NCBI GenBank assembly: GCA_964572865.1
Contig: CAZNGN010000005.1
Coordinates: forward strand, 48,104 to 112,103
Direction: 5' to 3'
DNA length: 64,000 nucleotides
Source: an uncultured Bacteriovoracaceae bacterium
GTDB taxonomy: Bacteria > Bdellovibrionota > UBA1018 > UBA923
Every line of letters begins with the position of its first letter. Positions within the stretch are counted from its first letter, which is position 1. The position numbers and the translations under genes are program-made. Shown in pieces: positions 28,169 to 37,246 of this stretch. The notes under the pieces are model-generated. The model was not told the DNA's origin, did no database searches, and saw nothing but the letters and a program-made list of their open reading frames with translations.

Positions 28169-29403
28169 TCTGATAAATCGTTTCGAATGATCGTCCAATT
28201 TGGAATCATTTTAGGACAGCTCATACTTTCAGTTATTTGCATTTCAGTAAATCCAGTACCTTTTTCTCGATCATATCTTGCATCTCCCACATAATAACCA
28301 TTCTGATTCTTTATCCAAAAAGGGATGCGATAAAACCGTAATAGTGCATTAAATACGCAATTTTTCTTAAGCAATTCAAATTCTGATAAACTAGCTTTCC
28401 ATTCATTATACCAAACTAGATCAGCACCAATTTTTAATTGTTTTTTACCGTCTGAAATTGTTGGTTCAAAGTTAACTCGCGCCTGCAACATTTTATCTAA
28501 ACATTTTTGAGCAGAAATAGATGAATCAAATGCCGATACTACACCTTGCTTAATTACGTATTGAGATTGATTTTGAACTTCAACTGCCTGAACCATCCAA
28601 CAAATTGGATTTGCAGGTAGCGGCGATAATACGATATCTTTGGTAACCCAATTATTGTTAGCATCATTCTGAAGAACTAAATTTTGATTCACTTGATTAT
28701 GTACTTTCAAAGAAACAATTTTAAATGAAATCAAAATTGTTACTAAAAACGAAATCTGTAAAAACAAATGCTTTTTATGTGTAAGTTTTTTTCCTAAAAA
28801 ATAATTCAAAATTAAAATAATGCATAAACCAAGTAATAGTGGCGTCGATAACATGCCTGAACGTTCAAAAATAAAAACAGCAACGAACGTAACGATTGTA
28901 AAAAATATTTTCCAACCCTTTGTATGCACCGAATAAAAAGCAAGCGGAAGTAGCGTTACCCAAATCCAAGGTTCAATGATGAAAATAAAATCACCATAAA
29001 ACCATCGATTGATGATAGGCCAAAAAGGATGTACTCCATAACTATTCCAACTATCTGCAAATATATGAAGCAACACTCCAAAAAAACTCATCAATAAAAT
29101 TACACTTCGATTTTTGCTCTTATCATTTTTTAAATAAATACTTTTCGTAATTAAATAAACGAGCAATGCTTCAAATATTCCAAAGAATATTGTGTGTGTA
29201 TGACCTCTGTGATGAAGTAAATTTCCGATTCTACCTTCTGTAATGGGAGTATAAATAAAATCTAAATCAGGAAAATTATTAGCTGCAATCGAAGAAAACC
29301 ACACCGCTTTTCTAAAATGCTTATTTTCAGAATGATCCCTTTTTACCGCCAAAGCTACTTCAGCTGCCGAAATCCCAATTAATGCGTGAGTGAGATTGTC
29401 CAT
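28165..29403 (-). CDS. YdjM-family (DUF457) membrane-bound metal-dependent hydrolase with a C-terminal extension
   Basis: 412 aa. N-terminus MDNLTHALIG...HRGHTH and several TM segments. The ~200-aa C-terminal domain is unrecognised. Confidence 0.55.
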   Translation of the reverse strand: MDNLTHALIGISAAEVALAVKRDHSENKHFRKAVWFSSIAANNFPDLDFIYTPITEGRIGNLLHHRGHTHTIFFGIFEALLVYLITKSIYLKNDKSKNRSVILLMSFFGVLLHIFADSWNSYGVHPFWPIINRWFYGDFIFIIEPWIWVTLLPLAFYSVHTKGWKIFFTIVTFVAVFIFERSGMLSTPLLLGLCIILILNYFLGKKLTHKKHLFLQISFLVTILISFKIVSLKVHNQVNQNLVLQNDANNNWVTKDIVLSPLPANPICWMVQAVEVQNQSQYVIKQGVVSAFDSSISAQKCLDKMLQARVNFEPTISDGKKQLKIGADLVWYNEWKASLSEFELLKKNCVFNALLRFYRIPFWIKNQNGYYVGDARYDREKGTGFTEMQITESMSCPKMIPNWTIIRNDLSD

Positions 29404-29448
29404 AAGTACCTGTTTTTATTAACTTTTATACATTGCATCATTTTTTTG

Positions 29449-29476
29449 TTGCAACACCGTGTAAATTTTATATAAT
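29449..29476 (+). promoter_or_regulatory. Sigma-70-type promoter candidate for the sigma-54 activator gene
   Basis: TTGCAA, 16-nt spacer, TATAAT. Lies 93 nt upstream of the ATG at 29569. Confidence 0.4.
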
Positions 29477-29568
29477 GTGCCCGGCTTGTGGGACATGTAA
29501 AAATTCCCATGAAAAGTTTACAAAGTAAATAAATAGAGTGGAAGTTACGAAAGGATCGATCTTACAAA

Positions 29569-31254
29569 ATGCAAATCACTGAAAACTCCACAAATATTTT
29601 AAGCTCTTCAAATGTTTCTCAAAAAACATTGAATAAATCTCAGGCACAATTTCGCCTTTTGAGTGAACTAAGCGCCAAACTTCAATCTTTATTGAACACC
29701 GATAATATTTACGAAGAAATCGTAACAATTGTTCAAAATAAATTTCATTATCATTCTTTTACATTCTGGTCTGTAGGTATCGATGGTTCAGCTACACTTC
29801 GAGCTCAATCCGGTGCGTATAATAAATACATTCAAGTGGGACACACATTAAAAAATGAAGGAATCATAAGCACCGTTGTAAAAAATAAAAAAACATATGT
29901 TTCAAATGATGTATCGAGTGATCCAAACTTCACTACCCTTTCTTTTCCAGTAGATTCAAAATCACAAATTAGTATTCCCATTTTAAATGAGAACTTAGTC
30001 ATTGCAGTTTTAACAGTTGAAAGCAATCAACTTAGTGCATTTGATGAAGAAGATGTGATGACCTTTGAAGCCATTGGAGCGCAACTTTCTGTTACGTTTA
30101 CAAACATGAAGCTGTACTCAGAAATTAAATCTTTTAATAAACGCTTACAACAATCGGTAGATGATAAAACTTCCGAATTGCGAGATGCTCAAGATCGAAT
30201 TTTAGAGCAACAAAGAATGTTACAAAAAGAAAATCGCCAATTAAAAAGCTTAGTAAGTCATGAAAATAAAGACGAAGGACAAATGATTGGTGAAAGTCCT
30301 GCATTAAAAAGTATCATTCAAATGGTTGATAAAATCGCACCCACCACCGCTACGGTTCTCATCCAAGGTGAATCTGGTACTGGTAAAGAATTAATTGCAA
30401 GAAGACTACATTTCAAATCCGAACGAACTCAAAAACCATACGTCACAATTAACTGCGGTGCACTTCAAGAAACATTACTTGAATCAGAATTATTCGGACA
30501 TGAAAAAGGTTCTTTCACAGGAGCTGTTGCTCAAAAAATGGGATTAGCAGAAACCGCAGACGGTGGAACTTTATTTATGGATGAAATTGGTGAGCTTTCA
30601 CTTGCCATTCAAGCCAAATTACTTCGCTTTTTACAAGAAGGTGAAATTGTTCGTGTGGGTGGTAAGCGTCCGATCAAAGTTGATGTGCGAATCGTAAGTG
30701 CAACAAACCGCGATCTTGAAAAAGAAGTAAAAGAAGGACGATTCAGAGAAGACTTATTTTACCGTTTAAATACAATTACACTTCGTATGCCTCCGTTACG
30801 AAAACGCCGCGAAGACATAAAACCATTAGTTGATTTTTTCTTACATAGTTCAAAATTCGGCGGACCGATTCAAATTAAACGAGTAGATCCTAAAGTGTAC
30901 GAAGCATTAGAAAAATATGATTGGCCAGGTAATATTCGTGAACTTCAAAATACAATTGAACGTATTAAAATATTATCTGAAACAAACGAACTCACACTTG
31001 AAGATGTCCCGTTTAATATTCGTATGCCTAAAAATCCAAACCAAGAAACCTCTCAGCATGCATCTGGTTTAGATTTTAATGTGGATCTTTCTTTAGAAGA
31101 ATTAGAGAAACAACATATTTTACGCATACTGTCATTCCATCAGGGAAATAAGACAAAAACTGCAAGTTCACTAGGAATCACCATCAAAACCCTCTATAAC
31201 AAGCTACATCGTTATGGGTTATTGCAAGAATCTGGTGGAATAATGCCTCAATAG
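29569..31254 (+). CDS. Sigma-54-dependent transcriptional activator (GAF, AAA+, Fis-type HTH)
   Basis: 561 aa. GAF-like N-terminus, Walker A GESGTGKELIARRLH, GSFTGA (GAFTGA loop), ELFGHEKG, and a C-terminal HTH KTKTASSLGITIKTLYNKL. No receiver domain. Confidence 0.9.
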   Translation: MQITENSTNILSSSNVSQKTLNKSQAQFRLLSELSAKLQSLLNTDNIYEEIVTIVQNKFHYHSFTFWSVGIDGSATLRAQSGAYNKYIQVGHTLKNEGIISTVVKNKKTYVSNDVSSDPNFTTLSFPVDSKSQISIPILNENLVIAVLTVESNQLSAFDEEDVMTFEAIGAQLSVTFTNMKLYSEIKSFNKRLQQSVDDKTSELRDAQDRILEQQRMLQKENRQLKSLVSHENKDEGQMIGESPALKSIIQMVDKIAPTTATVLIQGESGTGKELIARRLHFKSERTQKPYVTINCGALQETLLESELFGHEKGSFTGAVAQKMGLAETADGGTLFMDEIGELSLAIQAKLLRFLQEGEIVRVGGKRPIKVDVRIVSATNRDLEKEVKEGRFREDLFYRLNTITLRMPPLRKRREDIKPLVDFFLHSSKFGGPIQIKRVDPKVYEALEKYDWPGNIRELQNTIERIKILSETNELTLEDVPFNIRMPKNPNQETSQHASGLDFNVDLSLEELEKQHILRILSFHQGNKTKTASSLGITIKTLYNKLHRYGLLQESGGIMPQ

Positions 31255-31309
31255 TAATTGCGGCATTGAAAAGTTTTGGTTAGTGTTAACAACGTATAAG
31301 GAGTCAAAA

Positions 31310-31666
31310 ATGAGTATGAAAGCAACAAAAGTAGAAACAAAGGCAAATAAAAAGTCTGCTAAAGTAAACCCTGAAATGGAACAAGCAGTTGCTGCTGCCG
31401 CTACTGATGAAGATGAAGAAGAAGAATTGATTCCACAAATTTCTTCAGCAAACAATGCTCCTAAACCAGAAGACATGAACGCTACTGGTAATTTATCAAA
31501 AAATTTCAGAAATCATCCTGATATGGAAAACTTTTATCGTTTCATCTATGAACATGATCTTCGTTTAGAAGCTCTTCAAATCATTGATGAGATGTTGATT
31601 GAAAGACAAGCAGCTGGTGGACGCAAACGCAAAAAAATTGCAGATGCTCCTAGCGCTGTACAATAA
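31310..31666 (+). CDS. Hypothetical small acidic protein
   Basis: AAGGAG RBS 8 nt before the ATG at 31310 (the track ORF starts at an upstream GTG, 31283). TDEDEEEEL acidic tract and a helical C-terminus. No recognised domain. Confidence 0.45.
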   Translation: MSMKATKVETKANKKSAKVNPEMEQAVAAAATDEDEEEELIPQISSANNAPKPEDMNATGNLSKNFRNHPDMENFYRFIYEHDLRLEALQIIDEMLIERQAAGGRKRKKIADAPSAVQ

Positions 31667-31684
31667 TGCAGTAACTCGAGGCAG

Positions 31685-32836
31685 ATGAAAAAAACCTACT
31701 TACTGACTCCTGGGCCAACACAAATTCCTGAAAGCATATTAGCTTCATCGGCAAAGCCCATCATCCATCACCGAACTCCAGAGTTCATGAAATTGATGGA
31801 AGAAGTAAGAAGTGGATTAAAATACCTCTTCCAAACCAAAGAAGATGTTTTACTTTTAACAAGCTCAGGCACAGGTGCCATGGATGCTGCCATTACCAAT
31901 TTATTTTCTACTGGCGATAAAGTAATCGTTTTAAATGCCGGTAAATTTGGAGAACGTTTTGCAAAAATTAGCAAAGCCTATGGTCTCAACGTAATTGAGA
32001 TTAAAGCAGAAGCCGGAAAAAGCATTTCAGCTGCCGAAGTTTCAAAAACATTAAGTGCAAACACTGACGCAAAAGGAGTTTTATTTCAAGCTTCTGATAC
32101 TTCAACAGGTGTGAAGATGCCTGTAAAAGAAATATGTGAAGTTGTTAGCAAAAATTCAAATTGCATAACTGTTGTAGACGCGATTACAGCATTGGGTGTG
32201 GTTGAACTTCCAATGGATGCTTGGAAAATCGATGTTTTAATCACAGGATCTCAAAAAGCATTGATGATTCCGCCAGGTTTGGCATTTATCGCACTTTCTC
32301 AAAAAGCTTGGGGAATGAATTCGAAATCAAATCTTCCAAAATTTTATTTTCAATTGAAGAAGGAAGCTGAGTTATTACAAAAAAATCAAACTTCATGGAC
32401 ACCAGCAATTGGTTTAATTTTAAATTTAGCTGAATCCTTAAAAATGATTCAAGAAGAGAAACTGGAAAACGTTCATAAACGACATTCTTTACTTGCTCGT
32501 GCAACACGCAACGCGATCAAAGCCTTAGGATTAGAAATGTTAACACCTGACTCTCCCTCAGAAGCAGTGACCGCTGTAAAAGTTCCTTCAGAAATTACAG
32601 ATGGTAAGAAAATCATTAAAACGTTGAGTGATAAATATGGTGTAACCATTGTAGGCGGCCAAGACGAACTCGAAGGAAAAATTTTTAGACTTACCCACAT
32701 TGGCTTTGTCGACAAATTCGATATTTTAGTTGGCATCGGAGCCCTTGAGCTCACATTACAAGATTTAGGTTACAAGAAATTTAAACTTGGTGCAGGAAGT
32801 ACCGCAGTTCTTGAAACGTTCGCATCACAATCTTAG
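31685..32836 (+). CDS. Class V aminotransferase (serine-pyruvate / alanine-glyoxylate / SerC-like group)
   Basis: 383 aa. N-terminus LLTPGPT, SSGTGAMDA, and a PLP-lysine context ITGSQKALMIPPGL. Confidence 0.8.
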   Translation: MKKTYLLTPGPTQIPESILASSAKPIIHHRTPEFMKLMEEVRSGLKYLFQTKEDVLLLTSSGTGAMDAAITNLFSTGDKVIVLNAGKFGERFAKISKAYGLNVIEIKAEAGKSISAAEVSKTLSANTDAKGVLFQASDTSTGVKMPVKEICEVVSKNSNCITVVDAITALGVVELPMDAWKIDVLITGSQKALMIPPGLAFIALSQKAWGMNSKSNLPKFYFQLKKEAELLQKNQTSWTPAIGLILNLAESLKMIQEEKLENVHKRHSLLARATRNAIKALGLEMLTPDSPSEAVTAVKVPSEITDGKKIIKTLSDKYGVTIVGGQDELEGKIFRLTHIGFVDKFDILVGIGALELTLQDLGYKKFKLGAGSTAVLETFASQS

Positions 32837-32864
32837 TTTGCGAGATGTTTTAAAGAGGGAGTAA

Positions 32865-34160
<1,296 letters not shown>

Positions 34161-34240
34161 TAAGCTTTAAGCAATTGACGAATACACGATCAGCTTGCTA
34201 TAGATTTTAGCTCAACTTTTCTAGTTGAAAACTGGCCCTT

Positions 34241-34316
34241 GAGACCGTAGCTCAGTCGGTAGAGCATCTCACTTTTAATGAGAGGGTCGACGGTTCGAAT
34301 CCGTCCGGTCTCACCA
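34241..34316 (+). tRNA. tRNA-Lys (anticodon UUU), CCA encoded
   Basis: Manual cloverleaf. Acceptor GAGACCG/CGGTCTC, D arm GCTC/GAGC, anticodon stem TCTCA/TGAGA with loop CTTTTAA, T arm GACGG-TTCGAAT-CCGTC, discriminator A, CCA. 76 nt. Confidence 0.9.
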
Positions 34317-34337
34317 GTCATTTCTTCCAATATACTT
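34292..34337 (+). repeat. Direct repeat copy 1 (tRNA-Lys 3' 25 nt plus 21 nt of flank); att-like
   Basis: GGTTCGAATCCGTCCGGTCTCACCAGTCATTTCTTCCAATATACTT is repeated at 34612-34657 with 3 differences. Confidence 0.8.
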
Positions 34338-34474
34338 CGCATCTCATCGTCAAAATAAAAAATACTCCCACATAGTACCATTCGTACAATTTAGTCGTAT
34401 TTTTTATTTTTCCTCGACCTGCTCGTATCTTGAAAGAAATGAATAATTCTATGCGAAGTATATTGGATGAAATG
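34319..34474. repeat. 24-bp inverted repeat (1 mismatch) with a 108-nt loop
   Basis: 34319-34342 CATTTCTTCCAATATACTTCGCAT pairs with 34451-34474 ATGCGAAGTATATTGGATGAAATG. Confidence 0.75.
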
Positions 34475-34480
34475 AGTGAA

Positions 34481-34636
34481 GATGGCTGACGGATTCGAAC
34501 GCGAAGGTTTCGGCTGCGAGTATTTCGAGCAGCAAAATGCACGTGATGTGCATTTTAGAAACCGAAGGCGAGCCTACGCAGTTTTTGAGCGGGAGGCGAA
34601 AAAACGAAGTAGGTCGAATCCGTCCGGTCTCACCAG
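34481..34636 (+). other. GC-enriched structured non-coding segment ending in a partial tRNA-Lys 3' end (candidate ncRNA or attP-arm remnant)
   Basis: Inverted 13/13 copy of the tRNA T-arm (34488-34500). GGTTTC/GAAACC (34506-11/34558-63). Perfect 9-bp hairpin AAAATGCAC-GTGAT-GTGCATTTT (34534-34556). No credible ORF. Confidence 0.35.
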
Positions 34637-34657
34637 TCCATTTCTTCCAATACACTT
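34612..34657 (+). repeat. Direct repeat copy 2 (displaced partial tRNA-Lys 3' end); att-like
   Basis: GGTCGAATCCGTCCGGTCTCACCAGTCCATTTCTTCCAATACACTT. It lacks the 5' half of a tRNA and the 5' strand of the T stem, so it is not a gene. Confidence 0.8.
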
Positions 34658-34676
34658 TCCAATACTTCATCAGATT

Positions 34677-35294
34677 TTACTTAAATAGATTAGTCCAAGT
34701 AGTGTGTGGTTTTAAACTATTATTTAACACCTTTTGTTTTATATCTGAAAAGTTTTCTAATCCGTACTCTCCCCAAATATAAATATTATTAATTTCATCG
34801 GCATTAATATTTCGATCAATCGAAAAGATTGTTTTGGTTGAATTCAAAGTTATATTATCTAGAAACTTAAACCGGGAATCATTCTTGACTTCAAAGACAA
34901 CACCAATTCCTATTTTACGTTCATTTGCATTCTGAAAAATATAAGTAGCTGCTTCATTGATATCCGAAGAAAATGAAATAGCTTTACCAGTTCCAGCAGT
35001 CCAATTCACATCTGCTAGTTTCAATCCGATTTGAAGAATATTTTCTAATTCATCGACTGATAAAAACATTCCCCGATATAGTTTTTTAGGATTTTTTACT
35101 TCTAAAAATTGGGGTTTAGATAATTTTGGTTCAATTCTTCTAGCGTAATACTGCGATGTGTATTCAACGGGCAATTGATATGAATCTAATAATGATGATT
35201 TCAAATGATTAGATAATTGCTTAAGATTTTCACTACAATTATCAGAGGCAAATACATTGAAGGCAATTAAAAGTAACAATATAATATTCATCAA
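34677..35294 (-). CDS. Hypothetical secreted protein (weak R-S-E ADP-ribosyltransferase-like pattern)
   Basis: 205 aa. Signal peptide MMNIILLLLIAFNVFA. Y73-R74-G75, S107-F-S109-S110, D166-E167. See findings. Confidence 0.4.
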   Translation of the reverse strand: MMNIILLLLIAFNVFASDNCSENLKQLSNHLKSSLLDSYQLPVEYTSQYYARRIEPKLSKPQFLEVKNPKKLYRGMFLSVDELENILQIGLKLADVNWTAGTGKAISFSSDINEAATYIFQNANERKIGIGVVFEVKNDSRFKFLDNITLNSTKTIFSIDRNINADEINNIYIWGEYGLENFSDIKQKVLNNSLKPHTTWTNLFK

Positions 35295-35378
35295 ATCTTA
35301 TTTTATCGTAATTTCAAATATTTAATACTAGGCAAACTTTGCATTCAACAAAAAATTGAATTATTCCGATTAGTTGTA

Positions 35379-36206
35379 ATGCGATCAAAAGTGCATTTTT
35401 TGTTTTTACTACTTTTAAGCTCCACTCAATTTGCTTACGCTACTTGCACTGATTTTCTTCATGTAGCACTACAGAAAAATCAACATAACTTAGAGTCTAA
35501 TAATTTTAATATTGGAAGAACTTTGCAGTCTTATTATTATTTATTTCAAAATTTAGACAAAACAATCGCTGAATTAAAACCAAATTCACGATGGTTTGAT
35601 GGTGGATCTGGAAAATCTCATTTTTTTTATGACTATTATATTTCCTATTCGCACGGTAGATCACCAAAACTCGAACTCATCGCGACTGGAATTTCAAAAC
35701 CGAAAGATTCTAAATTTATAGACGTCCTAGAATTGCAAAATAAACTGACATTTAAAAATATGTATGGACAAAAGTTAGAAGACTTAGACACAAATGGATT
35801 CCAAAAAGTGGACATCATTACTGATTCTTATGCGGCACTTTCATACAGTGATAGACCAGATTTAGTACTTCAAAAATATCTGGAGATTTTAAATACAGGT
35901 GGAAAATTATTTACTTTTTTACATGGAACAGTAAATGGTAGTAACCCTGCATCCCCTTTATTTTATTTTATCGATTCGTTGATTATTAAAAACAAAAATG
36001 GAAAATTTCTCTCAACAATTGAATGGCTAGATTCAATCAAAGGAATCAAACGAATCAATCAAATCATACCATCTGAAGTGCAGAAAGATAACATCGTTCG
36101 TTTAACATTTGAAAGAACGGCAGAAGAAATTGAAATTCCTGAGATTGAATTGATTCATTTTAGCGAAGGTCCTCCACCACTCAGAACGTATCAGATGAAA
36201 AATTAA
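35379..36206 (+). CDS. Secreted protein with class I SAM-methyltransferase-like motifs
   Basis: 275 aa. Signal peptide FLFLLLLSSTQFAYA. Motif I-like WFDGGSGKS, motif II-like VDIITDSYAALSY, motif III-like LEILNTGGKLFTF. Confidence 0.45.
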   Translation: MRSKVHFLFLLLLSSTQFAYATCTDFLHVALQKNQHNLESNNFNIGRTLQSYYYLFQNLDKTIAELKPNSRWFDGGSGKSHFFYDYYISYSHGRSPKLELIATGISKPKDSKFIDVLELQNKLTFKNMYGQKLEDLDTNGFQKVDIITDSYAALSYSDRPDLVLQKYLEILNTGGKLFTFLHGTVNGSNPASPLFYFIDSLIIKNKNGKFLSTIEWLDSIKGIKRINQIIPSEVQKDNIVRLTFERTAEEIEIPEIELIHFSEGPPPLRTYQMKN

Positions 36207-36220
36207 TGTGTGCACGAATG

Positions 36221-37237
36221 CTATTTTAAAACCGTTACATTTAATTCGTTTTTATTATTTGTTAAATGTTTTATTCTGATTTTCTTAAATTGTAAACGCT
36301 TCAGCTCTTTTTGAATGGTCGAGACTACTTTTGAAAATGATTTTAAATCAGAAATTTTAAACGTTAATATCATTCCCTTTATTGTATTTTTATATTTTTT
36401 AACCATCAGTTCTATTGCTTTTAACGCAACTTCTGATTTTTGGTTAATATCAATTAAAATCCATTCTGCTTTAGGTGGTAGCTCTTTAGGTTGAACATCT
36501 ACAATTGATTTTCGTAAATGGGTGAAATTTTTATTTTTCAAAACAACATCTGACATTTGTGCTGAATCGATGCCTACAACTTTTAATCCATGATTTAAAA
36601 GTGCAAGACTTGCTCCACCAGGAGCACTTCCAATTTCAACGGCAGTTTCATTTGGATTGAATTTAATTTCATGTACCAAACACGCCTCTTCAAGTTTTAA
36701 ATACGCCCTTGAAGGAGCATTTTGAGGTAGACGAATTTCTGGTCTTCCTCCCACAAAAGCTCGATGTGTATAGTTGTGCTTATGAACACCTAACCAAAAT
36801 TCATTATCATCGATGATGATAATGTCAGTTATCATTTCATTTTCGTTTGGAATTTGATTAACTTTAAATTTGGATAATTCTTTTTTATGGTCAGATAGAA
36901 ACTGATCTCTCATTAATCCAAATGAATATTCTTTTGGTTCTGTGTCGGACGCATGAAACTCACGCTCGATTACGTGAACAGATTCAGTATTTATTAGCTT
37001 AAAAAGCTCACTCAATTGATTTTTTTTGAAGCGACTTATATTCAGGCCATACGCAAATGTAAAAATTGATTTTAATTCAAAATCGACTGTTAGTTCTTTT
37101 TCACTCTTAAACGTAACAAACCCAGGCCGTGAGTATGAAAACTTTAGCTCTGGGTTTGTTTTTGAAATTTCAGTCTTTAAGGCGGATTCAGCACCCGCCT
37201 GACAGACTATAAATATGAAATTGGATTTAAAGTTCAC
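36221..37237 (-). CDS. rlmM: RlmM-like rRNA 2'-O-methyltransferase (THUMP-like N-domain plus FtsJ-like domain)
   Basis: 338 aa. APSRAYLKLEEA followed by EIGSAPGGASLALLNHGLKVVGID, resembling the E. coli RlmM PSRSTLKLEEA...DLGACPGGW. Confidence 0.55.
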   Translation of the reverse strand: MNFKSNFIFIVCQAGAESALKTEISKTNPELKFSYSRPGFVTFKSEKELTVDFELKSIFTFAYGLNISRFKKNQLSELFKLINTESVHVIEREFHASDTEPKEYSFGLMRDQFLSDHKKELSKFKVNQIPNENEMITDIIIIDDNEFWLGVHKHNYTHRAFVGGRPEIRLPQNAPSRAYLKLEEACLVHEIKFNPNETAVEIGSAPGGASLALLNHGLKVVGIDSAQMSDVVLKNKNFTHLRKSIVDVQPKELPPKAEWILIDINQKSEVALKAIELMVKKYKNTIKGMILTFKISDLKSFSKVVSTIQKELKRLQFKKIRIKHLTNNKNELNVTVLK

Positions 37238-37246
37238 CTGATCCGA

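Noticed and set aside
34481-34636. A possible second tRNA, or a tmRNA-like or two-piece tmRNA gene, suggested by ...GGATTCGAAC... and a terminal ...CGGTCTCACCA.
   Set aside because: No 5' strand complementary to CGGTCTC exists in the insert. The T stem 5' strand is missing in the second copy (GTAGG instead of GACGG). I see no resume-codon or tag ORF context. The 13-nt GACGGATTCGAAC is simply an inverted copy of the tRNA-Lys T-arm. I treat it as an att-like or structured remnant, not as a tRNA or tmRNA.
34190-34782. Track ORFs overlapping the tRNA-Lys region (34190-34381, 34318-34542, 34449-34670 minus strand; 34476-34688, 34537-34782 plus strand).
   Set aside because: They run through the tRNA gene or its duplicated tail, lack an RBS, and overlap each other. 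Their apparent similarity to one another is explained by the nucleotide repeats.
35325-35345. Sigma-54-like TAGGCA-AACT-TTGCA between the divergent secreted-protein genes.
   Set aside because: The GG to GC spacing is 2 nt shorter than the invariant -24/-12 spacing, so it should not be functional.
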